Origin: Cyclobacteriaceae bacterium
GTDB lineage: Bacteria; Bacteroidota; Bacteroidia; Cytophagales; Cyclobacteriaceae
Assembly: GCA_019638285.1 (NCBI GenBank)
Contig: JAHBUB010000006.1
Coordinates: forward strand, 44,219-108,218
DNA: 64,000 nucleotides
Direction of reading: 5' to 3'
Within the stretch, counting starts at the first letter, position 1, and the number at the start of each line of letters is the position of its first letter. Below are positions 40,687-50,482 of this stretch, one piece after another. A program made the translations under genes and the position numbers. The notes below the pieces were generated by a model. The model did not search any database. It was not told the origin of the DNA and was given only the letters and a program-made list of their open reading frames with translations.

Positions 40687-41163
40687 TTAATAGGTAAACT
40701 TATCAGAAGGCTTATTTTTCATGAGCCTCATACTTTTAATTGGGCCTTTATATGTAACATGAACCAGATTGGACTGATCATCGTAGGTTTCTGTCATTAC
40801 TGTGTTCTCTACCTCTATCACTTTGAAGCTTTTTACCTTTTCTATTTCGATATAAGATATAAACGCAAAGTTCTCCTCTTCATATCCCAGAAAATTCAAT
40901 TGCTGCTCTCTCCCATCCAGCCTGATTTTTAGGTGTTCCTTTAAATATTCGGCAAGAAGACCCTTGGTGGTAAGTCCATTTTTTGGATTAAGGATATCCA
41001 ACTCTTTCAATCCCGTCTTTGAGCGAATGGCCACCTCCAGATCATCCATAAAGATACGTGATATAATCTGCAGGGCTTCTGCCTTTTCATTGTATTCGAT
41101 CTCTGTAACCGAAATATGTAACGGATGGAAAAGGAGTAAGAAAGAATATAAAATACTTAACAT
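40687..41163 (-). CDS. DUF6702 family protein
   Basis: Short signal then HPLHISVTEIEYN...I..RIF.DDLE.A. ATG 41163 preferred. Confidence 0.8.
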   Translation of the reverse strand: MLSILYSFLLLFHPLHISVTEIEYNEKAEALQIISRIFMDDLEVAIRSKTGLKELDILNPKNGLTTKGLLAEYLKEHLKIRLDGREQQLNFLGYEEENFAFISYIEIEKVKSFKVIEVENTVMTETYDDQSNLVHVTYKGPIKSMRLMKNKPSDKFTY

Positions 41164-41294
41164 ATCGAATTGTGGATCAAAAATAGGGCCATCTCTGGCC
41201 CAAAACAAGAGCCTTCAATTCTAATTCCTTTGGTGTAATTGGGTTATTCAATTTGAGATATAAATCCTATTATTGTTTCCTCAAAATTGAGTAC

Positions 41295-41882
41295 ATGAGT
41301 GAGTTTCAACTTTACTTTATACTGGGTAAAGATCACATTTTAGATTATGTAAATGGCTACGATCACATTTTATTTGTGGTTGCGCTTTGTGCCATCTATC
41401 TGGCCAGGGACTGGAAAAGAATTCTTGTCTTAGTCACTGCTTTTACGATCGGGCACTCTGTAACGTTGGCTCTTTCTACCTTTAATGTGATTTCTGTTAA
41501 TTCTGATTTGATAGAGTTTCTGATCCCTCTCACCATATTTATCACCGCTTTTAGTAATTTATTCAGAAGAGAGGAAGGCTTTTCTGTAAAGCCGGTTCAA
41601 ACCAACTATTTGCTCGCATTGTGCTTTGGTCTCATTCATGGAATGGGATTTTCCACCTATCTGAAGGCAATTCTAGGTAAAGATCAGTCCGTAGTTACTC
41701 AGCTTCTTGCATTCAATTTAGGCCTGGAATTTGGTCAAATCGTAATAGTGGGCATTTTTATGGCCATAAGTTTTTTATTAGTTGATCTTATAAATGTTTC
41801 GCGCAGAGACTGGAAGATGATAATTTCGTCTGGTATTGCCGGAATAGCCCTAATTTTAATGAAGGATGCTGTTTTCTGGTAA
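41295..41882 (+). CDS. HupE/UreJ family membrane protein
   Basis: HILD...GYDHILF, TAFTIGHSVTL, FGLIHGMGF, LLAFNLGLEFGQ. Confidence 0.9.
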   Translation: MSEFQLYFILGKDHILDYVNGYDHILFVVALCAIYLARDWKRILVLVTAFTIGHSVTLALSTFNVISVNSDLIEFLIPLTIFITAFSNLFRREEGFSVKPVQTNYLLALCFGLIHGMGFSTYLKAILGKDQSVVTQLLAFNLGLEFGQIVIVGIFMAISFLLVDLINVSRRDWKMIISSGIAGIALILMKDAVFW

Positions 41883-41930
41883 AACAGATGGACAACACCC
41901 ATACACATAACAATCCAAAAACTCTAAAGT

Positions 41931-44147
41931 ATGATTAAATACATCACCTTACTTTTCATTGGCATGAGCCTGATAGCTCATGCACAAACTACGCAATGGC
42001 AGGGTAAATTTGAACAATTGGGTCAAGCCTTACCTACACCCAACGAATACCGCACTGGTTCGGGATCACCGGGCCCTGAATACTGGCAGCAGCAAGCGGA
42101 TTATGTGATTACCGCAGAACTTAATGACGACAATCAGAGCATCACTGGAGCTGAAACGATAACCTATCACAACAATTCTCCAGACGTGCTTACTTATCTG
42201 TGGCTACAACTGGATCAAAATCTATTCGACAAAGACAGCAATACTGGAAAAACAAAAAACACAACCATTCTGGATAGTGTCACAACCAAAACAATAGCCG
42301 GAGAGCTTGATCTTTACGATTTTGATGGAGGTTATAAAATTAAATCAGTAAAGGATGCAAGTGGCAATGACCTAAAGCATTTTGTGAATGCCACCATGAT
42401 GCGCGTTGATTTGCCAAAACCACTTAAAAAAGGAGAGACTTATTCTTTTAAAATTGAATGGTCATACAACATCAACGATCGAATGAAGGTAGGCGGAAGA
42501 AGTGGTCTTGAATATTTTCCGGCAGACAAGAACTATGTATATACTATCGCACAATGGTTCCCCCGCATGTGCGTGTATGACGATTACGTAGGATGGCAGA
42601 ATAAGCAATTCCTTGGAAGGAGCGAGTTTGCCACCGTTTTCGGAAATTATAAAGTAAAGATCACTACGCCAGCAGACCACATTATGGCTGCCACAGGAGT
42701 GCTTCAAAACCCACAAGCAGTTTTGACTGCCGAACAGGTAGTACGTTTTGAAAAAGCCAAAACTTCTTTTGATGCTCCTGTGATCATCGCTACGCAACAA
42801 GAGGCCATTCAAAGAGAAAAAAGTAAATCAAAAGAAAAGAAAACATGGGAATTTCACGCTGAGAACGTTCGTGACTTTGCATTTGCCACCTCCCGTAAAT
42901 TCATTTGGGACGCTCAAGCTGTAAAAATAGGCAACAACACTCCGCTGGCCATGTCTTTTTATCCTAAAGAAGGCAATCCTCTTTGGGAAAAAGAATCCAC
43001 TAAAGCCGTAAAAAACACCATTACTACCTATTCAAAACATACCATTGACTTTCCTTATCCCGTGGCAATTTCTGTACATGCTGCAAGCATCGGTATGGAG
43101 TACCCCATGATATGTTTCAATTTTGGAAGGCCCAACAAGGATGGATCGTACAGCGACAATACCAAGTGGGGAATGATTGGTGTGATCATACACGAGGTGG
43201 GTCATAATTTTTTCCCGATGATCATCAACAATGATGAGCGCGAAACCACATGGATGGATGAAGGGATAAATTCCTTTGTACAGTATATGACTCAGGTTGA
43301 AAATTATCCAGACATGCCCAAGCGCAGGGGCAGTGCAGAAGGCATTATCCCTTATATGAAAGGTGATAAAAGCACCATGCGTCCTTTGATGACCAGTGGA
43401 GAGCAGGTGGTACAAATAGGGAATGAACAATACAACAAAGCCGCCACAGCGCTTAACATCTTGCGCGAATCGGTAATGGGTCGTGAACTCTTCGATCATG
43501 CTTTTAAAGAATACGCACAACGCTGGGCCTTCAAACATCCAAAGCCAGCAGATTTTTTCAGAACGATGGAAGATGCCTCCGCTTTTGACTTGGATTGGTA
43601 CTGGAGGGGTTGGTTCTATACTACGGATAATGTAGACCTTTCGGTGGATCAGGTTCGCTGGCTCAGAATAAGAGAAGACGATCAGAAGATGGAAAACAAA
43701 TCCAAAAATGTGAAAGCAGGAGATCTGGCTTCTGGGAACAGCGCGGTTGCAAGCACCGATTTTAATAATGGGCCAGAACTTTTTAGCCTCATCGAAACCG
43801 ATGGCCGCCTTTATGGCGAATTCCTTAGTCGTATTGATGACAAGGCTGTTATTAACAAAATGAAAGGCAAAAATTTTTACGAAATAACCTTAAGTAATAA
43901 AGGTGGATTAGTAATGCCTGTAATTATTGAATGGTCTTACAAAGACGGGACCAAAGAGACTGAACGCCTACCTGCCGAAATTTGGAGAACCAACGAACAA
44001 GTAATTACGAAGGTGTTTGTCAAGGACAAAGAGGTGTCCAATATCGTTATCGATCCAAATCACGAAACAGCTGACATCAACACCAATAACAATATGTTCC
44101 CTAAAGTAGATCAACCTTCAAAGTTTGATCAGTTTAGAAAAAATTAA
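41931..44147 (+). CDS. Secreted M1 family aminopeptidase, paralog 1
   Basis: Signal AHA|Q. GMEYP, HEVGHNFFP, WMDEG. Confidence 0.93.
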   Translation: MIKYITLLFIGMSLIAHAQTTQWQGKFEQLGQALPTPNEYRTGSGSPGPEYWQQQADYVITAELNDDNQSITGAETITYHNNSPDVLTYLWLQLDQNLFDKDSNTGKTKNTTILDSVTTKTIAGELDLYDFDGGYKIKSVKDASGNDLKHFVNATMMRVDLPKPLKKGETYSFKIEWSYNINDRMKVGGRSGLEYFPADKNYVYTIAQWFPRMCVYDDYVGWQNKQFLGRSEFATVFGNYKVKITTPADHIMAATGVLQNPQAVLTAEQVVRFEKAKTSFDAPVIIATQQEAIQREKSKSKEKKTWEFHAENVRDFAFATSRKFIWDAQAVKIGNNTPLAMSFYPKEGNPLWEKESTKAVKNTITTYSKHTIDFPYPVAISVHAASIGMEYPMICFNFGRPNKDGSYSDNTKWGMIGVIIHEVGHNFFPMIINNDERETTWMDEGINSFVQYMTQVENYPDMPKRRGSAEGIIPYMKGDKSTMRPLMTSGEQVVQIGNEQYNKAATALNILRESVMGRELFDHAFKEYAQRWAFKHPKPADFFRTMEDASAFDLDWYWRGWFYTTDNVDLSVDQVRWLRIREDDQKMENKSKNVKAGDLASGNSAVASTDFNNGPELFSLIETDGRLYGEFLSRIDDKAVINKMKGKNFYEITLSNKGGLVMPVIIEWSYKDGTKETERLPAEIWRTNEQVITKVFVKDKEVSNIVIDPNHETADINTNNNMFPKVDQPSKFDQFRKN

Positions 44148-44175
44148 TCGTATGATAACCCCTAAAAGCTTTAAT

Positions 44176-46413
44176 ATGAAAAACCTACTTGGTTTTATTT
44201 TAATTGTTCTCACAACACCTTCATTCGCACAGGAAGGCTGGAAAAGTAAGTTTGAACAATTGGGGCAGCAACTGCCCACCCCCAATCAATATCGCTCTGC
44301 ATCAGGAGCCCCAGGATATAAGTATTGGCAGCAACAGGCTGATTATGTAATAGATGTCGAATTGAATGATGAATCCCATAGGATCATTGGCAAAGAAACA
44401 ATTACTTATACCAACAACTCGCCTGATCAACTTAAATACCTGTGGCTCCAACTAGATCAGAACATTTTGGCCGAAGGAAATGCCACTGACAAAACCAAAA
44501 CCAACAGCCTGACCGGAGTCGTATCAACTGATAAATTACAACGCGATCTTGACCTATACGGTGACTATAAAGGAGGTTATACCATCAAGTCGGTAAAAGA
44601 TGTTACAGGTAAGGACTTGCCCAATTTTATCAATGCCACTATGATGCGCGTAGACTTGCCTAAACCTTTAAAAACAGGAGAGAAGTATTCATTTAATGTA
44701 GAATGGTCTTATCCAGTAAGTGACAGACTCAATGAGAGTGAGGTGGGGCGCAGGGGGGGGATGGAATACTTTCCTGCTGACGACAATTATGTGTATGGCA
44801 TCACGCATTGGTTTCCCCGCATGTGTGTGTACGATGATTATGAAGGGTGGCAAAACAAGCAATTCCTTGGGCAGGGCGAGTTTACCCTCTCCTTTGGAAA
44901 TTATAAAGTAAGAATAACAGTACCTTCAGACCATATTGTGGGTGCAACTGGCTTATTACAAAATCCTCAGGATGTGCTTTCCAAAAAAGAACTGGAGCGT
45001 TATGAGTTGGCAAAAAAATCACTTGATAAGCCAGTCATTATTGCTACTCAGGAAGAGGCTATTCAACGAGAAAAATCAAAATCCAAGGAAAAGAAAACCT
45101 GGGTGTACCATGCTGATAATGTGAGGGATTTTGCATTTACCAGTTCCCGTAGATTTATTTGGGATGCACAAGCAGTAAAGATTGGAAGCAATACCGCATT
45201 GGCCATGTCTTATTACCCCAAAGAAGGAAACCCGTTATGGGAGCGTGAATCCACCAAAGCGGTGAAAAACACTATTACCACCTATTCGAAATACTCTATC
45301 GATTATCCGTATCCAGTGGCCATCTCAGTACACATGGCCAACATTGGGATGGAATATCCCATGATTTGTTTTAACGGTGGTCGTCCACAACCCGATGGTA
45401 CTATTCCTGATCGTACCAAATGGGCCATGATTGGGGTGATCGTACATGAAGTAGGTCATAACTTCTTTCCCATGATCGTCAACTCGGATGAGCGCCAGTG
45501 GGCATGGATGGATGAAGGCTTTAATACGTTTGTTCAATACCTTACTCAGGTGGAACACTATCCGGGCATGCCACAACGCAGAGGGCCTGCGGATATGATA
45601 GTGCCTTATATGATGGGAGATAAGGAATTACAACGTCCTTTGATGACCAGTGCCGAAAATATCGTTCAATATGGAGCTGAGCAATATGCCAAAACAGCCA
45701 CCGCCTTAAATATTTTAAGAGAAACTGTCATGGGGCCAGAGCTATTCGACAGATCATTTAAAGAGTATTCTGAGCGCTGGGCATTTAAACATCCAAAACC
45801 TGCCGACTTTTTCCGTACCATGGAAGATGCTTCTGGGGTAGACCTTGATTGGTTTTGGCGTGGATGGTTCTACTCCACCGATAATACAGATATCTCTGTA
45901 GATGCAGTGAAATGGTATCAGGTGAAAAAAGAGGAGAACAACCTGGAAAACAAAGGCAAGATGGTAAAAAAGGGCGATCTGGCAACATCGGGAAGTGGAG
46001 AGGGCAAGAATTCAGATAACTTCAATGACGGTCCTCAGCCGTTTAGTGTAGTTCCGGCAGATGCCAGTTTCTATGGTGAGTTCCAAAACCGAATTGATGA
46101 CAAGGCCATTATGAATAAGTTGGAAAATAAAAATCTGTACGAGATTACATTAAGCAACAAAGGTGGCCTCGTGATGCCCGTGATCATCGAGTGGACCTAC
46201 AAAGACGGAACCAAGGAGATTGAACGCATTCCTGCAGAAATATGGAGACTAAATGAAAACCAGATAAAAAAGGTTTTTGTAAAAGATAAGGAAGTAGTAA
46301 ACATCGTTATTGACCCTCTTAAGGAAACCGCAGACGTAAATACCGAGGACAACGTGTTTCCGAAGGTAAAACAAGTCTCTAAATTTGATGAGCTTAAGAA
46401 AAAAGGGAAATAG
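44176..46413 (+). CDS. Secreted M1 family aminopeptidase, paralog 2
   Basis: Signal SFA|Q. GMEYP, HEVGHNFFP, WMDEG. ATG 44176 preferred. Confidence 0.93.
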   Translation: MKNLLGFILIVLTTPSFAQEGWKSKFEQLGQQLPTPNQYRSASGAPGYKYWQQQADYVIDVELNDESHRIIGKETITYTNNSPDQLKYLWLQLDQNILAEGNATDKTKTNSLTGVVSTDKLQRDLDLYGDYKGGYTIKSVKDVTGKDLPNFINATMMRVDLPKPLKTGEKYSFNVEWSYPVSDRLNESEVGRRGGMEYFPADDNYVYGITHWFPRMCVYDDYEGWQNKQFLGQGEFTLSFGNYKVRITVPSDHIVGATGLLQNPQDVLSKKELERYELAKKSLDKPVIIATQEEAIQREKSKSKEKKTWVYHADNVRDFAFTSSRRFIWDAQAVKIGSNTALAMSYYPKEGNPLWERESTKAVKNTITTYSKYSIDYPYPVAISVHMANIGMEYPMICFNGGRPQPDGTIPDRTKWAMIGVIVHEVGHNFFPMIVNSDERQWAWMDEGFNTFVQYLTQVEHYPGMPQRRGPADMIVPYMMGDKELQRPLMTSAENIVQYGAEQYAKTATALNILRETVMGPELFDRSFKEYSERWAFKHPKPADFFRTMEDASGVDLDWFWRGWFYSTDNTDISVDAVKWYQVKKEENNLENKGKMVKKGDLATSGSGEGKNSDNFNDGPQPFSVVPADASFYGEFQNRIDDKAIMNKLENKNLYEITLSNKGGLVMPVIIEWTYKDGTKEIERIPAEIWRLNENQIKKVFVKDKEVVNIVIDPLKETADVNTEDNVFPKVKQVSKFDELKKKGK

Positions 46414-46436
46414 TCTTATATTTATTTATCAATTTT

Positions 46437-46465
46437 GAAGTCATTTCGTTAATCGAAATGACTTC
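46437..46465 (+). promoter_or_regulatory. Perfect 12-bp intergenic hairpin between M1 paralogs 2 and 3
   Basis: GAAGTCATTTCG-TTAAT-CGAAATGACTTC. Confidence 0.65.
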
Positions 46466-46495
46466 TTGGTTTATACACGATTAATTAAAAAAAAT

Positions 46496-48724
46496 ATGCG
46501 TTCGTTCTCCTATCTCTTGATTCTGTTTATAAGCAGCTCATCCGCTTTTGCACAACAAAACTGGCAAGGCAAATTTGAGCAACTGGGCCCTGAGTTACCC
46601 ACCCCCAATAGCTATCGTAGCAGTTCCGGAGCACCCGGCCCGAACTATTGGCAACAGCGTGCGGATTATGAAATTGATGTAGAGCTGGATGACGAAACCC
46701 AAATGATTACCGGAAAGGAGATTGTCACTTATTTCAACAACTCTCCTGAAACATTGCACTATCTCTGGATGCAATTGGATCAAAATAAATTGGCTGCGGG
46801 CAACATGACCGACAAAACCAGTAATAATGTGATTCGGGATTCCGTACCTGCCAAATTTTTGGCAGAATCACTGGGTGGATATGGATATGACTATGATGGA
46901 GGTTATAAAATTAAATCAGTAAAAGATGCAACCACCGGTAAAGACCTTCCTCAAACTATCAATTTTACCATGATGCGTGTAGATTTACCCACACCATTAA
47001 AAACTGGAGATACGTATAAGTTTATAGTAGAATGGAGCTATCGCGAATACGACAGAATGAAATTTAGTGAGCGCGGTGGTTATGAGTATTTCCCTGAAGA
47101 TGACAACCGGCTGTATACTTGCGCACAATGGTTTCCCCGTATGTGCGTATTTGATGACTACGAAGGATGGCAAAACAAACAGTTTTTAGGTCGTGGAGAG
47201 TATGCCCTTACCTTTGGAAATTATAAAGTAAGAATTACCGTCCCCAGTGATTTTATAGTGGGGGCTACTGGTTGGCTGCAAAATCCACAGGAGGTATTGA
47301 ATAAAGATCAGTTGGAGAGATTCAACCGAGCGCAAAAAACATTTGATAAGCCCGTTTTTATCGTTACCGAAGCGGAGGCGAAAAAGAATGAGAAGTCCAG
47401 ATCAAAAAAGAAAAGCACCTGGGTGTTTCATTCAGAAAATGTACGTGATGTGGCTTTTGCTACTTCTCGTAAATTTATTTGGGATGCGATGGCTGTAAAA
47501 GTAAACAATAAAACTCCGCTGGCACAATCACTCTATCCGAAGGAAGGAAATCCACTCTGGGAAAAAGAATCTACCAAAGCGATCAAAAATACTTTAGAGG
47601 TGTACTCAGGCAGAACATTCGATTATCCCTATCCTACTGCTTACTCCATTCACACGGCAGATCAAGGAATGGAATATCCCATGATTTGCTTCAACTATGG
47701 CAGGCCCGATAAAGATGGAAAATATTCTCAAAGAGTATTGGAGGGAATGGTAAGTGTCATCGTCCATGAGGTGGGTCACAATTTCTTCCCAATGATCGTA
47801 AATTCAGATGAGAGGCAATGGACATGGATGGATGAGGGGTTGAACACATTTCTTGAACATGAAACATTGCGCACGCGTTACGATGGGTTTGACGTCACCA
47901 GCGGTACACCCAGAGGCATCGTTCCTTTTATGAAAGGAGATAAAAGTATCATGCGTCCTATCATGGGACAATCCGACAACCAAGGCACCAGCTTTGGGCC
48001 TAATGGGTACACAAAACCTTCTGCGGCCCTAGTGTTACTGCGCGAGACTGTTATGGGGCCTGAACTTTTTGACAGGGCTTTCAAAGAATATGCAGAACGC
48101 TGGGCTTTCAAACACCCGAAACCGGCAGACTTCTTCCGCAGTATGGAAGATGCTTCAGGCACTGACCTTGATTGGTTTTGGAGGGGATGGTTTTATAGTA
48201 CTGACAATGTAGACTTGACACTTGAAGATGTAAAGTGGTTCCAGATGAAGGAAGAGCAGCTGGATCCTGAGAAGAAAAACATAACAGTAAAACAAGGTGA
48301 CCTGTCGGCCAGCAGTGCCGCCAATAAAGCCAATGATTTTAGTGCAGGGCCTCAACCTTTAACAGTAGAAAACACTTCTGCTGATTCATACCGTGATTTT
48401 AGAAGTAGAATCAATGATGATGCAATTCGAAAAGATTTAAAAGGGAAAAACCTTTATGAAATTACCTTGAGAAATACTGGTGGCTTGATAAGTCCTGTTA
48501 TCATCGAATGGACTTATAAAGATGGTTCTAAAGAAATTGAGAAAATACCTGCTGAAATCTGGAGACTGAATGAAAAAGAAGTGACCAAGGTTTTCATCAA
48601 AGACAAGGAAGTAACCAATATCGTGATCGATCCAAATCACGAAACGGCTGACGTGAATGCTTCTGATAATGTGTTTCCAAAAAGAACAGAGTCTAAATTT
48701 GATCAGTTCAAAAAAGGAAATTAA
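46496..48724 (+). CDS. Secreted M1 family aminopeptidase, paralog 3
   Basis: Signal AFA|Q. GMEYP, HEVGHNFFP, WMDEG. ATG 46496 preferred. Confidence 0.93.
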   Translation: MRSFSYLLILFISSSSAFAQQNWQGKFEQLGPELPTPNSYRSSSGAPGPNYWQQRADYEIDVELDDETQMITGKEIVTYFNNSPETLHYLWMQLDQNKLAAGNMTDKTSNNVIRDSVPAKFLAESLGGYGYDYDGGYKIKSVKDATTGKDLPQTINFTMMRVDLPTPLKTGDTYKFIVEWSYREYDRMKFSERGGYEYFPEDDNRLYTCAQWFPRMCVFDDYEGWQNKQFLGRGEYALTFGNYKVRITVPSDFIVGATGWLQNPQEVLNKDQLERFNRAQKTFDKPVFIVTEAEAKKNEKSRSKKKSTWVFHSENVRDVAFATSRKFIWDAMAVKVNNKTPLAQSLYPKEGNPLWEKESTKAIKNTLEVYSGRTFDYPYPTAYSIHTADQGMEYPMICFNYGRPDKDGKYSQRVLEGMVSVIVHEVGHNFFPMIVNSDERQWTWMDEGLNTFLEHETLRTRYDGFDVTSGTPRGIVPFMKGDKSIMRPIMGQSDNQGTSFGPNGYTKPSAALVLLRETVMGPELFDRAFKEYAERWAFKHPKPADFFRSMEDASGTDLDWFWRGWFYSTDNVDLTLEDVKWFQMKEEQLDPEKKNITVKQGDLSASSAANKANDFSAGPQPLTVENTSADSYRDFRSRINDDAIRKDLKGKNLYEITLRNTGGLISPVIIEWTYKDGSKEIEKIPAEIWRLNEKEVTKVFIKDKEVTNIVIDPNHETADVNASDNVFPKRTESKFDQFKKGN

Positions 48725-48751
48725 TTGATCTTTATCTGCTAAGGAGAAATG

Positions 48752-48790
48752 GCAAATGCATTGAGAAGACATTCTCAGTGCATTTGTTTT
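48752..48790 (+). terminator. Intrinsic terminator after the M1 cluster
   Basis: GCAAATGCATTGAGAA-GACA-TTCTCAGTGCATTTG followed by TTTT. Confidence 0.8.
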
Positions 48791-48835
48791 GCTTCACGCT
48801 CTTTGCTAAAACCTTAGTGTCCTTTAAATTAAATT

Positions 48836-49795
48836 TTAAATTGATTCAAACAATTTAAACGCTCTCTCTAGATCCACATTTCCTCCTGAGAGAATTATTC
48901 CAATTTTTTTACCAGAGAATTTCTTCTTTTCTTTTAACACTGCTGCAAAAGGAACGGCACAAGAAGGCTCAACAATAATTTTTACCCGCTCCCAAATCAG
49001 ACGCATGGCTTCAATTATTTCCTTATCGGATACAGTGATAACTTCTGAAACCATTTCTTTAATTAACGGAAAAGTTTTGTCCCCCAAAGAAGTAAGCAAT
49101 CCATCTGCTACCGAATTGGCCTGAGATTTTTCAATTCTCCCGCTTTGAAGTGCACGATAGGTATCATCTGCCCCTGATGGCTCTCCTGCTATTACTTTGG
49201 TTTTGGGTGAAAAATATTTTGCCGCCAACAATGTTCCACTCAACAACCCTCCGCCACCCACTGGAACCAGCACGAAGTCCAACCCCTCCGTATCATCGAA
49301 CAATTCAATCGCTGCCGTTGCCTGTCCCGCAATCACATCATAATTATTAAAGGGATGGATTTCCGTGGCCCCAGTTTCAGTTATCACTTTAGCCAAAGTT
49401 GATTCTCTTGCTTCTAGGGTAGGCTCACATTCTGTAATCTCCCCACCAAAAGCACGGACTCCCTTTTTCTTCACTTCAGGTGCATTGCTGGGCATAACAA
49501 TGTATGACTTCACTCCCATAATTTTAGCTGCACGCGCCAAAGCCTGCGCATGGTTGCCGGAAGAGTGAGTGGCGACACCCTTTTTCCTATCTTCCTCCGA
49601 CAAACTAAGTATGGCATTCATCGCACCGCGTGCTTTAAATGCACCGACCTTCTGAAAGTTCTCACATTTAAAAAAAATACAACATCCCGCAAGTATATCA
49701 ATACTGCTTGAGGTCATCACCGATGTTTGATGAACAAAAGATTTTATCCGTTCATGTGCTTGCAATAGATCTTCTCGCGTAGGTACGTGATTCAT
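48836..49795 (-). CDS. PLP-dependent serine/threonine dehydratase (serine racemase-like)
   Basis: KCENFQKVGAFKARGA, HSSGNHAQA, VPVGGGGLLSG, VEPSCA, ILSGGNVD. Confidence 0.92.
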   Translation of the reverse strand: MNHVPTREDLLQAHERIKSFVHQTSVMTSSSIDILAGCCIFFKCENFQKVGAFKARGAMNAILSLSEEDRKKGVATHSSGNHAQALARAAKIMGVKSYIVMPSNAPEVKKKGVRAFGGEITECEPTLEARESTLAKVITETGATEIHPFNNYDVIAGQATAAIELFDDTEGLDFVLVPVGGGGLLSGTLLAAKYFSPKTKVIAGEPSGADDTYRALQSGRIEKSQANSVADGLLTSLGDKTFPLIKEMVSEVITVSDKEIIEAMRLIWERVKIIVEPSCAVPFAAVLKEKKKFSGKKIGIILSGGNVDLERAFKLFESI

Positions 49796-49808
49796 ATCAT
49801 CAATCCAT

Positions 49809-50399
49809 TTAACTTATCCATTCTACTTTTTCACTTATGGGTTTCCTTTTCCCAGGTTTCAATTCAGCATCGATAACTCCCAGATTAAAAAAACCTATCA
49901 ATTTATCTTCTTCTCCCCATCCAAAAAATGATTTCGCCTCCTCAAAATAGGTAATCCCTCCGGTGCTCAGGTAGCAGCCCACCCCATAAGCAGTGGCTGT
50001 TAGGTACATATTTTGAATGGCACAAAAAACAGCCCCTACTTCTTCAATTTCTCTGATTCGCTTCTCTTTGTCCCGTTTCATTCCCACAGCAATAACGTGG
50101 GAGAATTGCATGGGTTGGATGAGCAGGTTTTGATAACGTTCTTCTTTAAAGTCTTCAGCTTTTGTAGTCACCTCTTTATAGCAAGCCGCCTGAAAAGCCC
50201 CCAGCTTCTTTAGCCCTTCTCCACTAAAAACAACAAAACGCCACGGCTCTGTGAGCTTGTGCGTGGGTGCCCAATTGGCATTTTCCAATATTTGATTTAC
50301 GATTTGATCATCTACCGTTTTGCCTTGCACATAGCCTTTTGGAAAAATTGATCTCCTTGTGGATATCAGGTGGTTTATTTGCTCATAATCGAATTTCAT
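49809..50399 (-). CDS. Nitroreductase family protein
   Basis: ISTRRSI, ANWAPTHKLTEPWRF, AIQNMYLTATAYG.G.Y.STG. Confidence 0.92.
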   Translation of the reverse strand: MKFDYEQINHLISTRRSIFPKGYVQGKTVDDQIVNQILENANWAPTHKLTEPWRFVVFSGEGLKKLGAFQAACYKEVTTKAEDFKEERYQNLLIQPMQFSHVIAVGMKRDKEKRIREIEEVGAVFCAIQNMYLTATAYGVGCYLSTGGITYFEEAKSFFGWGEEDKLIGFFNLGVIDAELKPGKRKPISEKVEWIS

Positions 50400-50482
50400 T
50401 GCTAAAACTTATAGATGGCGGCCTTTTCATGCCAAATTTTTCATATTTCTGGGTAATTTACACAACAAAGTTTTATACCCCT

